Shown one piece after another: positions 1 through 8,944 of a DNA stretch of 64,000 nt. The DNA lies in assembly GCA_943372645.1 (NCBI GenBank), contig CALRZN010000011.1, positions 20,200 through 84,199 on the forward strand, in the 5' to 3' direction. Below the pieces are notes generated by a model. That model had not been told where the DNA came from, made no database searches, and saw only the letters and a list, made by a program, of their open reading frames with translations. A program made the position numbers and the translations under genes. Within the stretch, counting starts at the first letter, position 1; every line of letters starts with the position of its first letter. Source of the DNA: Chitinophaga pinensis. GTDB lineage: Bacteria > Bacteroidota > Bacteroidia > Palsa-965.

Positions 1-978
1 CGTATCAGGTGCCACAATGGGTTTGCCCATCGCGCCGTATTCAAAAATTTTCACCGGCGATCCGTACCAGTTTGATTTGGCCATTACCGTTACATCCATT
101 TTTGCGATGTATGAAGCCACATCACTTGCGGCAACGGGGCCTGTAAACGTAACTGCATCCGCACAGCCCAGTTCCGCCGCACGTTGCTTCAGTTGCGGCA
201 GCAGGTACCCGTCGCCCACCAGCAGCAGGCGGATGTTATTTTCTGTTTTGCGCAATGCGGCAAACGCATCCAGCAAAATATCCACGCCGTGATACGGAAA
301 GATAGAACCCACAAAACCGATAACGCGTTCGCCCGGTAAAATGTATTTCGTAACCGTGGCGGTTGCAGCGTCATTGATGTGCAACGTTTCGGGTGCCACG
401 CAGTTCGGGGCCACAATGAATTTTGTTTCCGGAATCTGAAACTGGTTCACAAACGCATCACGCAGCGCCGACGACACCACCACTACGCGGAACGCCTGTT
501 GCATCACCTGCTGCATGCACTGTTCAGCGGCTGCGGCATAAAACGAACCGGCGCCTTCAAACGTGCGAACTTCCTCGGTGAGCGGTGCATTCACTTCTAC
601 GATGTGTATTACTCCTGCTGCTTTTGCGGCGTTGCTTCCCGAAGGCTGCAGGTAGGCCATGCGTTCGTAAATCAGTTCGGGGTTAAATGTGCGGATGCGC
701 GCTTCCAGTTGCTGCTGTGCCTGTGCATCAAACGCACGCAGACGACGATCTTTGAGTGAACGCCAGAGATACCGCGGAACAATTTTTCGTAAAATGGTTT
801 TCAGTCCGCCCGCTGCCGGTGCAGTTACCGTTGCAGTGGCATTTCCGCCCATCACCAATACCTCTACCTCATGCCCCAGCGCGCGCATGGCAGCGATGGT
901 TTCGCGCATGTGGGTGCCGTATCCCGTCGGACTGCCTGTGCTGAGGTGGGGATGCGGCGAATAATAGAGGATGCGCAT
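1..978 (-). CDS. Glycosyltransferase family 4 (GT-B); C-terminus runs off the window edge
   Basis: Hand translation of the minus strand from ATG at 978: MRILYYSPHPHLSTGSPTGYGTHMRETIAAMRALGHEVEVLVMGGN..., a typical GT4 N-terminus. No listed ORF in this frame, consistent with an open frame continuing past position 1. Stop of wecB at 982 is adjacent (operon). Confidence 0.6.
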   Translation of the reverse strand, partial: MRILYYSPHPHLSTGSPTGYGTHMRETIAAMRALGHEVEVLVMGGNATATVTAPAAGGLKTILRKIVPRYLWRSLKDRRLRAFDAQAQQQLEARIRTFNPELIYERMAYLQPSGSNAAKAAGVIHIVEVNAPLTEEVRTFEGAGSFYAAAAEQCMQQVMQQAFRVVVVSSALRDAFVNQFQIPETKFIVAPNCVAPETLHINDAATATVTKYILPGERVIGFVGSIFPYHGVDILLDAFAALRKTENNIRLLLVGDGYLLPQLKQRAAELGCADAVTFTGPVAASDVASYIAKMDVTVMAKSNWYGSPVKIFEYGAMGKPIVAPDT

Positions 979-981
979 GGT

Positions 982-2076
982 TTAAGATTGCAATACTTCC
1001 CGGATGTGTTCGAAAATGCGTTCGGTAGATTGGCCGTCCCAGTAACGCGGAATTTCGCCTTTTTTATACGTTCCGTTCATCACATCGTCGAGGCGCTTTT
1101 CAATACGCGGTATATCAAACGGCATCAGTTCATTCGTTCCAACTGTTACCGTTACCGGGCGTTCCGTATTCGGGCGCAGTGTAAAACAGGGCACGCCGAG
1201 GAACGTTGATTCTTCCTGGATGCCGCCGCTGTCGGTTACCACGCAACGCGCTTCTTTTACGAGGCGCTGAAAATCAAAATAGCCGAGCGGTTCAAGCAGG
1301 TGCACATTCGGAATGGCTTTCAGTTTTTCTTCCAGGCCCAGCGTACGCATTTTGCTGAGTGTGCGCGGATGCACCGGGAATACGAGCGGCAGGCGTTTGG
1401 TGAGTGCCGCAATGAGATCGAGTAATTTTTCAAGTCCTTCGGGCGTATCAACCGTCGCGGGACGGTGCATGGTCATAAGCAGGTAATTATTTTGCTGCAC
1501 GCCCAGTTTTTCAAGTACATCCGATGCATCAATCTGTTTTGAAAATGCCACGAGTGTATCAATCATCGTATTGCCTACAAAAAACACCTGTCCTTTTTTG
1601 CCTTCGCTTTTCAGGTGATCGGTGCCGCTCTGTTCGGTTACAAACAGGTAATCGCACAGTTCATCGGTGATGAGGCGGTTAAATTCTTCGGGCATCGTGC
1701 GGTCGAAACTGCGCAGGCCACTTTCGATGTGGCCGATGGGAATGCCGCATTTGTTGCCGGTAAGCGCGGCAGCAGCAGTACTGTTCACATCACCCACCAC
1801 CAGCAGCAGGTGCGGGCGGAAGGTGGCAAACAGTTCTTCGAGGCGCAGCATGATGTTCGCCATCTGGCTGTTCGGCGAAGTGGCCGGGATATCCAGGAAA
1901 AAATCAGGCTGCAGGCCAAACTGCTGGAAAAATACTTCGGCCATGGCATGGTCATAATGCTGGCCGGTATGTACAATGCGCAGGTTGATATCCGGGTAAC
2001 GCGAAGCCACTTCGCGGAAACGGGTTACTTTGATAAAATTCGGGCGCGTGCCTACCACCACGAGAATGTTTTTCAT
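982..2076 (-). CDS. wecB: UDP-N-acetylglucosamine 2-epimerase (non-hydrolysing)
   Basis: 364 aa; MKNILVVVGTRPNFIK...HTGQHYD...GDVNSTAAAAL...HIESGLRSFD... is the family signature. Right length. Confidence 0.9.
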   Translation of the reverse strand: MKNILVVVGTRPNFIKVTRFREVASRYPDINLRIVHTGQHYDHAMAEVFFQQFGLQPDFFLDIPATSPNSQMANIMLRLEELFATFRPHLLLVVGDVNSTAAAALTGNKCGIPIGHIESGLRSFDRTMPEEFNRLITDELCDYLFVTEQSGTDHLKSEGKKGQVFFVGNTMIDTLVAFSKQIDASDVLEKLGVQQNNYLLMTMHRPATVDTPEGLEKLLDLIAALTKRLPLVFPVHPRTLSKMRTLGLEEKLKAIPNVHLLEPLGYFDFQRLVKEARCVVTDSGGIQEESTFLGVPCFTLRPNTERPVTVTVGTNELMPFDIPRIEKRLDDVMNGTYKKGEIPRYWDGQSTERIFEHIREVLQS

Positions 2077-3378
2077 GCAGAAGCTTGATTTAAGTCGTCA
2101 AATATAGCCACTATTTTTTCGGCAACCCGGTCGAACGAAAACGAGGCGATCACGTTTTCATCGGGCTTTATCAGTGCATTTAAGTTACCGCGGTTTTCGA
2201 GCAGCAGTTCGAGCTTTGCAGCAACTGCATTTTCATCAAACGGGTCGGCCACAATGCCCAAACCTGCCTGTTTCAGCAGATCGGTGCAGTCCGAATCGCC
2301 GGCCAGTGCCAGCACCGGTTTGCGCGCGGCGAGGTATTCGTAAAATTTACCGGGAATGAACAGCGGACGTTGCCCGTCTTTGCCCGATTCGAGCGGAAGA
2401 AACAACACATCGGCGCGTTGCAGCGCGGCGAGTGATTCTGCTTTGGGTTTATAACCTTCAATATGCACGAGTTCGCGCAGACCCATTGCTTCGGCCTGTG
2501 CAGCGGTGCGTTTATCAATGAGTCCCCAGAACCGGATTTCGATTTCGGAAGCGAGTTGCGGACGGCGTTTTTGTAAAAGCTGCAGCCCGCGGAACAGGTA
2601 ATACGCCGAGCGGGTGGAATGATCCACATTGTTTACACGATACGTTCCGAACCGCGACGCCGTTCCTGATCCTGTTGCCGGATCATAAAAAGCGAGGCTG
2701 CCCGCATACGCAATCACGAGGCGATCAGTAGCCATTGGTTACCACCTCCATTTTATGTTCGTTTACCCAGCCGCGTTTGCTGTACAGCTTTTTCACTTCG
2801 GGTGTATTCACAATCAGTTTATCCGGCAGGGCAAGCAGTTTTTGCTCCACGCGGCGCGACATGTTCCAGTGCCAGCGCGAAGGCCATTGCCACGAGTAAC
2901 TGTCGCTGTAGGGATCGCGCAGATCGGCCACCCATTGCAGTCCCTGTTCCTGCAAGGCTTTGCCGATGAAGAACGGGCTGAACGGTCCGCTGGTAGTATA
3001 AACGATTTTTATGTTTTTTTCTTTCGCGAGTTGTGTGGCATACGGAATCACCTGCACAGGCCAGCGCGCAGCGGTTTCCCAGAAGCGGCGGTAAAATATA
3101 AACCAGCAGAAACGAAAGAGGCGCAGTTGCATCATGCGTTTTTTAAAAGCGCGTGGTTCGCCGGTGGCAATGCGGTGTATTTCCACTTCCGGCGGCAATT
3201 GCAGCAACAACGATTCGTCGGCGGGATAAGCGCCTGCTTTTACATCATCATCTGAAATGGTAATGACAATGGGTTTGTAACCCAATGCGGGCAGGCGTTT
3301 TACGAGTTGCAGCGTGCGCTGGGTGCCCGGCCCTCCCATGGGCGGAAAGTGGTGCGCAATGATGAGTACCGGCTGCAT
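2073..3378 (-). pseudogene. GT4 glycosyltransferase split by a single-base frameshift into two ORFs (3378..2725 N-domain, 2735..2073 C-domain)
   Basis: N-half ends ...EVVTNGY*. C-half begins MATDRLVIAYAGSL... in the +1 frame. Deleting one T in AATGGCTAC[T]GATCGC restores the canonical TNGYD..L.YAG(R/S)L GT4 interdomain motif. The two ORFs overlap by 11 nt. Confidence 0.6.
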
Positions 3379-3387
3379 AAGGCGTGT

Positions 3388-3792
3388 TTATTGCCCCGCA
3401 AGGCGGCTGCGGATGAGCGTGGTGGAAAGTCCGTGACTGCGGTCGGTGTAATATATCGGGATGTTCAGCTCCGCGCCTGTAATCGGTTTGCCGCGGTAAT
3501 CTTCGCCGAGAAAACGCACCCCGAAATTCTGCGTGCGTAAAATTTCGAGCAGTTCTTCTTCGGAATTGTAAACGAGCACCTCGTCCACAAAGCGGCACGA
3601 CTTCATCACAAGCACGCGTTCTTCGATGGAAAACACCGGTTTCTTTTTGCCGGGATTGATATCGGCCGAAATGTTTTCAGCCTTGTTGAGTGCAACAACG
3701 AGGTAGTCGCAGTGCTGTTTGCATTCCTGCAGCATCAAAACATGCCCGGCATGGAACAGATCAAAAACACCGCAGGCAAATCCTTTTTTCAT
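3388..3792 (-). CDS. Cytidylyltransferase-like nucleotidyltransferase (TagD / RfaE domain II fold)
   Basis: 134 aa; GVFDLFHAGH motif (HxGH nucleotidyltransferase). Size matches glycerol-3-phosphate cytidylyltransferase or the heptose-1-P adenylyltransferase domain. Confidence 0.7.
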   Translation of the reverse strand: MKKGFACGVFDLFHAGHVLMLQECKQHCDYLVVALNKAENISADINPGKKKPVFSIEERVLVMKSCRFVDEVLVYNSEEELLEILRTQNFGVRFLGEDYRGKPITGAELNIPIYYTDRSHGLSTTLIRSRLAGQ

Positions 3793-4706
3793 TTCGCAAT
3801 CGCTTTACGGATGTATTCGTGCAGCGGATGTTCGGGGCTCCAGCCCAGCACTGCACGCGCTTTCGTAGTATCGGCAAACGTGATGTCGGCCTCCCCTTCC
3901 CGCTTCGCAATGAAATCGTATTTGTCCGAAATCAGCTGCGCCAGTTCGAGGATGGAAAGCGTTGCACCAAAACCGATGTTGAATGCGGTGTTTAATTTTT
4001 CGGGATGAATGGCCGCGAGGTAATTCGCTTTCGCCAGGTCCGACACGTGTATAAAATCACGTTTCTGCTGCCCGTCGCCGGTAATCAGCAGCGGCTCCCC
4101 GTTCGCATGGCGGTTCAGGAAAATACCCACCACACTGCTGTACGCATTAAACTTGTTGGCCGGGTTAAAACTGCGCGGTCCGTACGGATTAAAATAACGC
4201 AGCGTTACGTAATCGAACGGGTAACGCGTAGCCAAAAGTTCGAGGTAACGTTCAAATTCGTACTTCTGAAACGCATACGGACTGAGGCAGTCCACACGTT
4301 CGTTTTCTGCGGTCGGAATGGTTTCGGGTGTGCCGTAAATGGCGCTGGAGCCGCTGTAAATGATGCGCGGGAAATTGTTTTCGCGGATCATTACTTCCAG
4401 CAGGTGCGTACCGTTAAGTACGTTGGCTGCAATGTGTTCATACACCAGCTCAAAGCTGGGCTGTATGCGCGGCAGGGCGGCGAGGTGAAAAACGTAGTTG
4501 TATGGTTTCAGCGTTTTTACATCGGTACAGCTTTGCACCGAAAACTGAAAACGCGGGTTGCCGAAATGATGGCGGATATTTTCTTCGGAACCGGTGCTCA
4601 GGTTGTCGATACCGTGAATGGTCCAGCCGGTTTTTTCCAGCAGGTAATCCAGCAGGTTGGAACCGATGAACCCGGCCACGCCGGTAATAAGAACGTGCTC
4701 AGCCAT
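3789..4706 (-). CDS. NAD-dependent epimerase/dehydratase (extended SDR), possibly a nucleotide-heptose/hexose epimerase
   Basis: 305 aa; N-terminal ITGVAGFIGSNL Rossmann motif and SPYAFQKYEFERY active-site region (the YxxxK is substituted). Overlaps neighbours by 4-8 nt (operon). Confidence 0.8.
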   Translation of the reverse strand: MAEHVLITGVAGFIGSNLLDYLLEKTGWTIHGIDNLSTGSEENIRHHFGNPRFQFSVQSCTDVKTLKPYNYVFHLAALPRIQPSFELVYEHIAANVLNGTHLLEVMIRENNFPRIIYSGSSAIYGTPETIPTAENERVDCLSPYAFQKYEFERYLELLATRYPFDYVTLRYFNPYGPRSFNPANKFNAYSSVVGIFLNRHANGEPLLITGDGQQKRDFIHVSDLAKANYLAAIHPEKLNTAFNIGFGATLSILELAQLISDKYDFIAKREGEADITFADTTKARAVLGWSPEHPLHEYIRKAIAK

Positions 4707-5223
4707 TCAGCGAGTCGAGTATGGCGTGCAGAATCACCTGGTGAAAACATTCCACGATACCGTAATTACGCACCGGGGTGTGGAAATTGATGCTGCCCAT
4801 TTTACTGAGCGTGTTGCCCGGGTTAAAACCGGAAACGGTAAGCACCTGCCCGCCTTTTTCAAGCGCAGCCTGTGATGCGTTCACAATGTTTTTCGATTCG
4901 CCCGAGGAACTGATGGCCACCAGCAGATCGCCGGGAACCATGTGCACCTTGAGCCATTCGGCCATGGCGTTTTCGTAGCCGTAGTCGTTGGCGTAACAGG
5001 TAATAAGTGCCGCATCTGAAAATGCGAACGTGGGAAAACGGCCGATTTTCGCATAGTCTTCCATCATGTGCGAACAGATGGCCATTGACCCGCCGTTGCC
5101 GATAAAAAAGATACGTTTAACCGAACCGCTTTTCAGCAGGGCCACCGCATCATCAACCCCTTTGCGGATACCGGCATCGGTAAACCAGGCGCTGAAATGC
5201 GTGTTATAAAGATCGAGTTGCAT
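4699..5223 (-). CDS. gmhA: SIS-domain sugar-phosphate isomerase (GmhA-like, sedoheptulose-7-phosphate isomerase family)
   Basis: 174 aa; FFIGNGGSMAICSHMMEDY resembles the GmhA GNGGSAADAQHFAAEL motif. Size fits GmhA and is too short for KpsF. Confidence 0.65.
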   Translation of the reverse strand: MQLDLYNTHFSAWFTDAGIRKGVDDAVALLKSGSVKRIFFIGNGGSMAICSHMMEDYAKIGRFPTFAFSDAALITCYANDYGYENAMAEWLKVHMVPGDLLVAISSSGESKNIVNASQAALEKGGQVLTVSGFNPGNTLSKMGSINFHTPVRNYGIVECFHQVILHAILDSLNG

Positions 5224-5285
5224 GTCGTTTTTCGTTCAGGTGAATTGATACTTCAAAGTTACGGATTTTTTGTGGTCGTAACTCA

Positions 5286-5440
5286 GACATGAGACGAATA
5301 GATGTGAGATATGAGACTCCCGCTTTCCGGGAACTGAAGTCTCAAATCTCATATCTGTTTGTCTCAAATCTCAAATCTAAAAGTCTGATGTCTGAAAATC
5401 TCATATCTGGTTGTCTCATATCTGAAGTTTATGTTTCGTA
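5286..5440. promoter_or_regulatory. Divergent promoter region with at least 5 copies of a ~13-nt motif GTCTCAWATCTCA in direct and inverted orientation
   Basis: Seen directly: gtctcaaatctcatatctg (5339), gtctcaaatctcaaatcta (5361), gtctgatgtctgaaaatctcatatctgg (5383), gtctcatatctgaag (5413), inverted gagatatgagac (5306-5317). The 240-bp gap lies between the divergent gmhA-like operon and the POT transporter. Confidence 0.5.
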
Positions 5441-5463
5441 TAAATTAGTTTATCTTCAACCCC

Positions 5464-7095
5464 ATGGAAAAATTAAAACACCCGAAGGGCCTGCCCTACC
5501 TGTTTTTTGCCGAGATGTGGGAACGTTTCGGTTATTACCTGATGATCGGCATTTTCGTGTTGTACATGATGGATGGCGACAAAGGCGGCTGGGGCTGGGA
5601 CCGCACGAAGGCGTATGATATTTACGGAACATTCATCGCGCTCGTTTTTTTAACCCCGTTTATCGGCGGCCTGCTGGCTGACCGGTTACTGGGCTACAGC
5701 CTTTCCATTACGCTCGGCGGTATAATGATGGGCTCCGGTTATTGCCTGCTGGCCGTCAAAGGCGAAGCGGTTTTCTGGATTGCGCTTACACTGATTATAG
5801 TGGGGAACGGTTTTTTCAAGCCGAATATATCCACGCTGCTCGGCAACCTATATAATGACGAAAAGTACAAACCGCTGAAAGATTCCGGGTACAATATATT
5901 TTACATGGGCATTAATATCGGTGCGGCCATCTGCAACTTTTTCGGTGCGGCCATGCGCAACAACTGGGGCTGGTCGGCAGCATTTTTTACCGCCGGCATT
6001 GGCATGTTTGTGGGTGTGGCTATTTTCTGGCTGGGCATGAAACATTACCGGCATGCCGATGTGCGGAAGCCGCTGAAACAGGGCGATCTGCCCTTGGGGG
6101 TGATTCTTGGTTCCACCATCGTTCCGGCCATTGCTGCCGGTATCGGGGGCTGGTTTCTTCCCGGCAATGTGTTCGGCAGCGATTCAACAGATGCATTTAT
6201 TTTCGGTGCGCTGCCGGTGCTGGGGTATTACATCTTTATTCTTGTACGTGCCGAAAAAACCGAAAAACGTCCGCTGGGCGCAATGATGGCCATTTTTGCG
6301 ATTGTGATTGTATTCTGGGCGGTATTCAAACAAAACGGTACGGCGCTCACCACCTGGGCGGAGTCGTACACGAACCGCAATTTGCCGGCGGCGGCTGTAC
6401 CTGCAGTTGAAAAACTGTCGCTGGCGCAAACGGTAACGATGAAACAGGATTCGGTTGTGCTTACCGATCACCATTTCCGGAAAATCAAAAACGCAGAAGG
6501 CCAGCCGCAGAAAGTAGTGGCTTACCCCGATTATTTTAAAAACGAAAACCCGAAACCGGCCGAAGGGGCGACCTACAACCTCGTAAACACCGAAATTTTC
6601 CAGTCCATTAACCCGCTGTGGGTAGTAATTCTCAGCTTGCCCGTAGTGGCGTTTTTTGTCTTTCTCAACCGGCGACGGCGCGAGCCATCCACACCTACGA
6701 AAATTGCCATCGGTTTAGTTATCAGCGCACTTTCTACGCTGGTAATGGTGGCGGCGGTTTATGCGGGCGATAATGGTGCCACCAAGGTGAGCCCGCTCTG
6801 GCTCATTGGTGCGTATGGTGTTATAACGGTGGGCGAACTGTTCCTCAGCCCGATGGGACTGAGCCTCGTTTCCAAACTCTCCCCGCCCCGCCTCACCGCA
6901 CTCATGATGGGTGGCTGGTTTCTGTCCACATCAATCGGTAATAAACTTTCAGGTATTCTTGCCACCATGTGGGACGGGTACGAAGACAAACGCATTTTTT
7001 TCCTCGTCAATTTTGCGTTGCTCGGCGGAGCGGCCATTGCGCTGTTTTTAATGCTGCGCTGGCTGAATAAGATTTTCAGGGAGTACGGCGGGTAA
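5464..7095 (+). CDS. Proton-dependent oligopeptide transporter (POT/PTR2 family, DtpT-like)
   Basis: 543 aa, multi-TM; N-terminal FFAEMWERFGYY is the POT family signature (ExxERFxYY). Confidence 0.85.
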   Translation: MEKLKHPKGLPYLFFAEMWERFGYYLMIGIFVLYMMDGDKGGWGWDRTKAYDIYGTFIALVFLTPFIGGLLADRLLGYSLSITLGGIMMGSGYCLLAVKGEAVFWIALTLIIVGNGFFKPNISTLLGNLYNDEKYKPLKDSGYNIFYMGINIGAAICNFFGAAMRNNWGWSAAFFTAGIGMFVGVAIFWLGMKHYRHADVRKPLKQGDLPLGVILGSTIVPAIAAGIGGWFLPGNVFGSDSTDAFIFGALPVLGYYIFILVRAEKTEKRPLGAMMAIFAIVIVFWAVFKQNGTALTTWAESYTNRNLPAAAVPAVEKLSLAQTVTMKQDSVVLTDHHFRKIKNAEGQPQKVVAYPDYFKNENPKPAEGATYNLVNTEIFQSINPLWVVILSLPVVAFFVFLNRRRREPSTPTKIAIGLVISALSTLVMVAAVYAGDNGATKVSPLWLIGAYGVITVGELFLSPMGLSLVSKLSPPRLTALMMGGWFLSTSIGNKLSGILATMWDGYEDKRIFFLVNFALLGGAAIALFLMLRWLNKIFREYGG

Positions 7096-7133
7096 CCTGG
7101 TTTTTCAACAACCCGTAAAACAGGCCGTGTGTT

Positions 7134-8717
7134 TTGGTATATTCGTTCAAAACTAAAACATACGAACCTGTTATGGCACTTTCTGTATTTACCAGTGTGA
7201 ATTCTGATGTTTCCGGATCACCTGGGCAAACTATTCCTGTTGACAGCATTAAATACATCGCATTTGAAGGTGGCGGCGGTAAAGGATTAGCCTATTTCGG
7301 GGCCATACGCGTGTTTGAACGGCCCGATGTGAAACTGCTGCCGCTCAATAACAGCAATGTGTCGGGCATTTCCGGCGCATCGGCGGGAGCCATCACAGCG
7401 TTTTTTCTTTCGGTGGGCATGAAAGGCGACGACATTCTCGGGCGCATCAAAAACAATGATTTCTCCAATTTCTGGGACAACCCGATTCCGGGCGTGTACA
7501 AAGCCGTGTTTTACAATCCCAACACAAAAACAAATGTGGTGGGTTACACCTGCGATAAAATTCTGACCAGCGAAGAACAAGGACTTACGCAGAAAAAAAC
7601 GGTGCTTGATGGACTTGTTTCCGGCGCGCTGTTTTACAAAACACTGGATGAAGCACGCGCCGTAGGCACTGCCAATCAGCTGCTGCTTTCGGATAAAATG
7701 AATATGCTGCGCCTGCTGAAATCGGGCATGGACCTGTTCAACGTGAGCAAAAAAGTATTGAAAAAAAGTTCGCAGGAACTGGTGAAAGTACTCACCACCA
7801 CCGGCGGCAAAGCCGATGATAAAAAAACGTTCGATTACCTGTACAGTGAACTCATGGACCGCGGCCTGTTTACCGGAGCCGGCATTCGCACGTACCTCTG
7901 CAAAGCCATGGCCAAAGGACTGCTTGACAATTACGCCATACCTGCGGTGAAGGCCGGCATTTTCACCGATGCGTCCATGATTACACCCGAACGTTGCGAA
8001 GCGGTAACATTTGCGCAGCTTAAAAAAATCACGGGCAAAGATTTTGTGGTTACCAGCACCAACCTCATCAGCGAATCGTCGAAACTGTTTTCGGCAACAC
8101 ACACACCCGATTTCCCGGTGGCCGATGCGGTGTGCATGTCCATGTCTATTCCCGGGGTGTTTAAACCGACTTTTGTAAATGCTTCGGTTGACCTCTCGAA
8201 AAAACCGGACGATCCGTATAACCTGTCGTACCGCGGTTTTTATGTGGACGGCGGCATGATGAACAACCTGCCGATACATGTGTGGGACGGCGGTCCTGAC
8301 CAGCCCATGAATCCCGGTGTAATTGGCATCCGCGTAAGCAGCGGCTTCGATCCGGCCGATAAAACGTACGCAGCCGATGCCGACTGGAAAAAATACGTGG
8401 ACGCTGTAATGCCCGGAACACCTTACACACGCACCATCCGCAGCAATACCAGTTACGATGCCAACGGTACACTGACGGTTAAAACCGATGTAAATAATTT
8501 CATCAGTGTGTTCGGCGGTTACGGCGGCGATATTTTAAGCACGCTGATGACACCTTCGGAAGCCGGGCAGATCCGCACCGAAGCCGAACGTGCACGCACC
8601 GTGGAGTTTTTCTCGTACGACATCGGCCTGCTCGATTTTACACCGAATGATTCGCTGAACACATTTGTACAGAAACGCGCGGCGGAGAAACTGACTGCGC
8701 GGCTGGGGTTGAAATAG
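7134..8717 (+). CDS. Patatin-like phospholipase with ~200-aa C-terminal extension
   Basis: FEGGGGKG oxyanion motif, GISGASAG (GxSxG nucleophile), DGGMMNNLP (catalytic Asp). Start may be the internal Met at 7173. Confidence 0.8.
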   Translation: MVYSFKTKTYEPVMALSVFTSVNSDVSGSPGQTIPVDSIKYIAFEGGGGKGLAYFGAIRVFERPDVKLLPLNNSNVSGISGASAGAITAFFLSVGMKGDDILGRIKNNDFSNFWDNPIPGVYKAVFYNPNTKTNVVGYTCDKILTSEEQGLTQKKTVLDGLVSGALFYKTLDEARAVGTANQLLLSDKMNMLRLLKSGMDLFNVSKKVLKKSSQELVKVLTTTGGKADDKKTFDYLYSELMDRGLFTGAGIRTYLCKAMAKGLLDNYAIPAVKAGIFTDASMITPERCEAVTFAQLKKITGKDFVVTSTNLISESSKLFSATHTPDFPVADAVCMSMSIPGVFKPTFVNASVDLSKKPDDPYNLSYRGFYVDGGMMNNLPIHVWDGGPDQPMNPGVIGIRVSSGFDPADKTYAADADWKKYVDAVMPGTPYTRTIRSNTSYDANGTLTVKTDVNNFISVFGGYGGDILSTLMTPSEAGQIRTEAERARTVEFFSYDIGLLDFTPNDSLNTFVQKRAAEKLTARLGLK

Positions 8718-8775
8718 GGGCTTATTAAGTAGCCGCAGTTTCATGGAGCGTATCTTTAAAACAGTACCTGGAATT

Positions 8776-8878
8776 AGTGGCAGGGGCAGTTGGCAGAGGC
8801 AGTCGTGTTACTTGTAAGGAACAGATTCTTCTTCTGAAATACAAACCGACTGCCGCTGCTGCCTGCCACTGCCACTCC
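8776..8878. repeat. Imperfect long inverted repeat built from pentamer arrays: (GGCAG)n arm and (CTGCC)n arm
   Basis: agtggcaggggcagttggcagaggcagtcg (8776-8805) against cgactgccgctgctgcctgccactgccactcc (8847-8878), separated by about 40 nt. The inner 8 bp are perfectly complementary. Lies in the 5' region of mnmE. Confidence 0.45.
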
Positions 8879-8944
8879 GTACAGAACTACTTTACGGAAA
8901 ACAGCTCATGTAAACGGTCTGTTTTAAACTCGTATTTTTGCCCC

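Noticed and set aside
379-1209. Plus-strand ORFs 379..759, 689..964, 871..1209 at the window start
   Set aside because: They are antisense to the minus-strand GT4 gene, whose frame was verified by hand translation (MRILYYSPHPHLSTGSPTGYGTHMRETIAAMRALGHEVEVLVMGGN). Spurious open frames are typical of GC-rich DNA.
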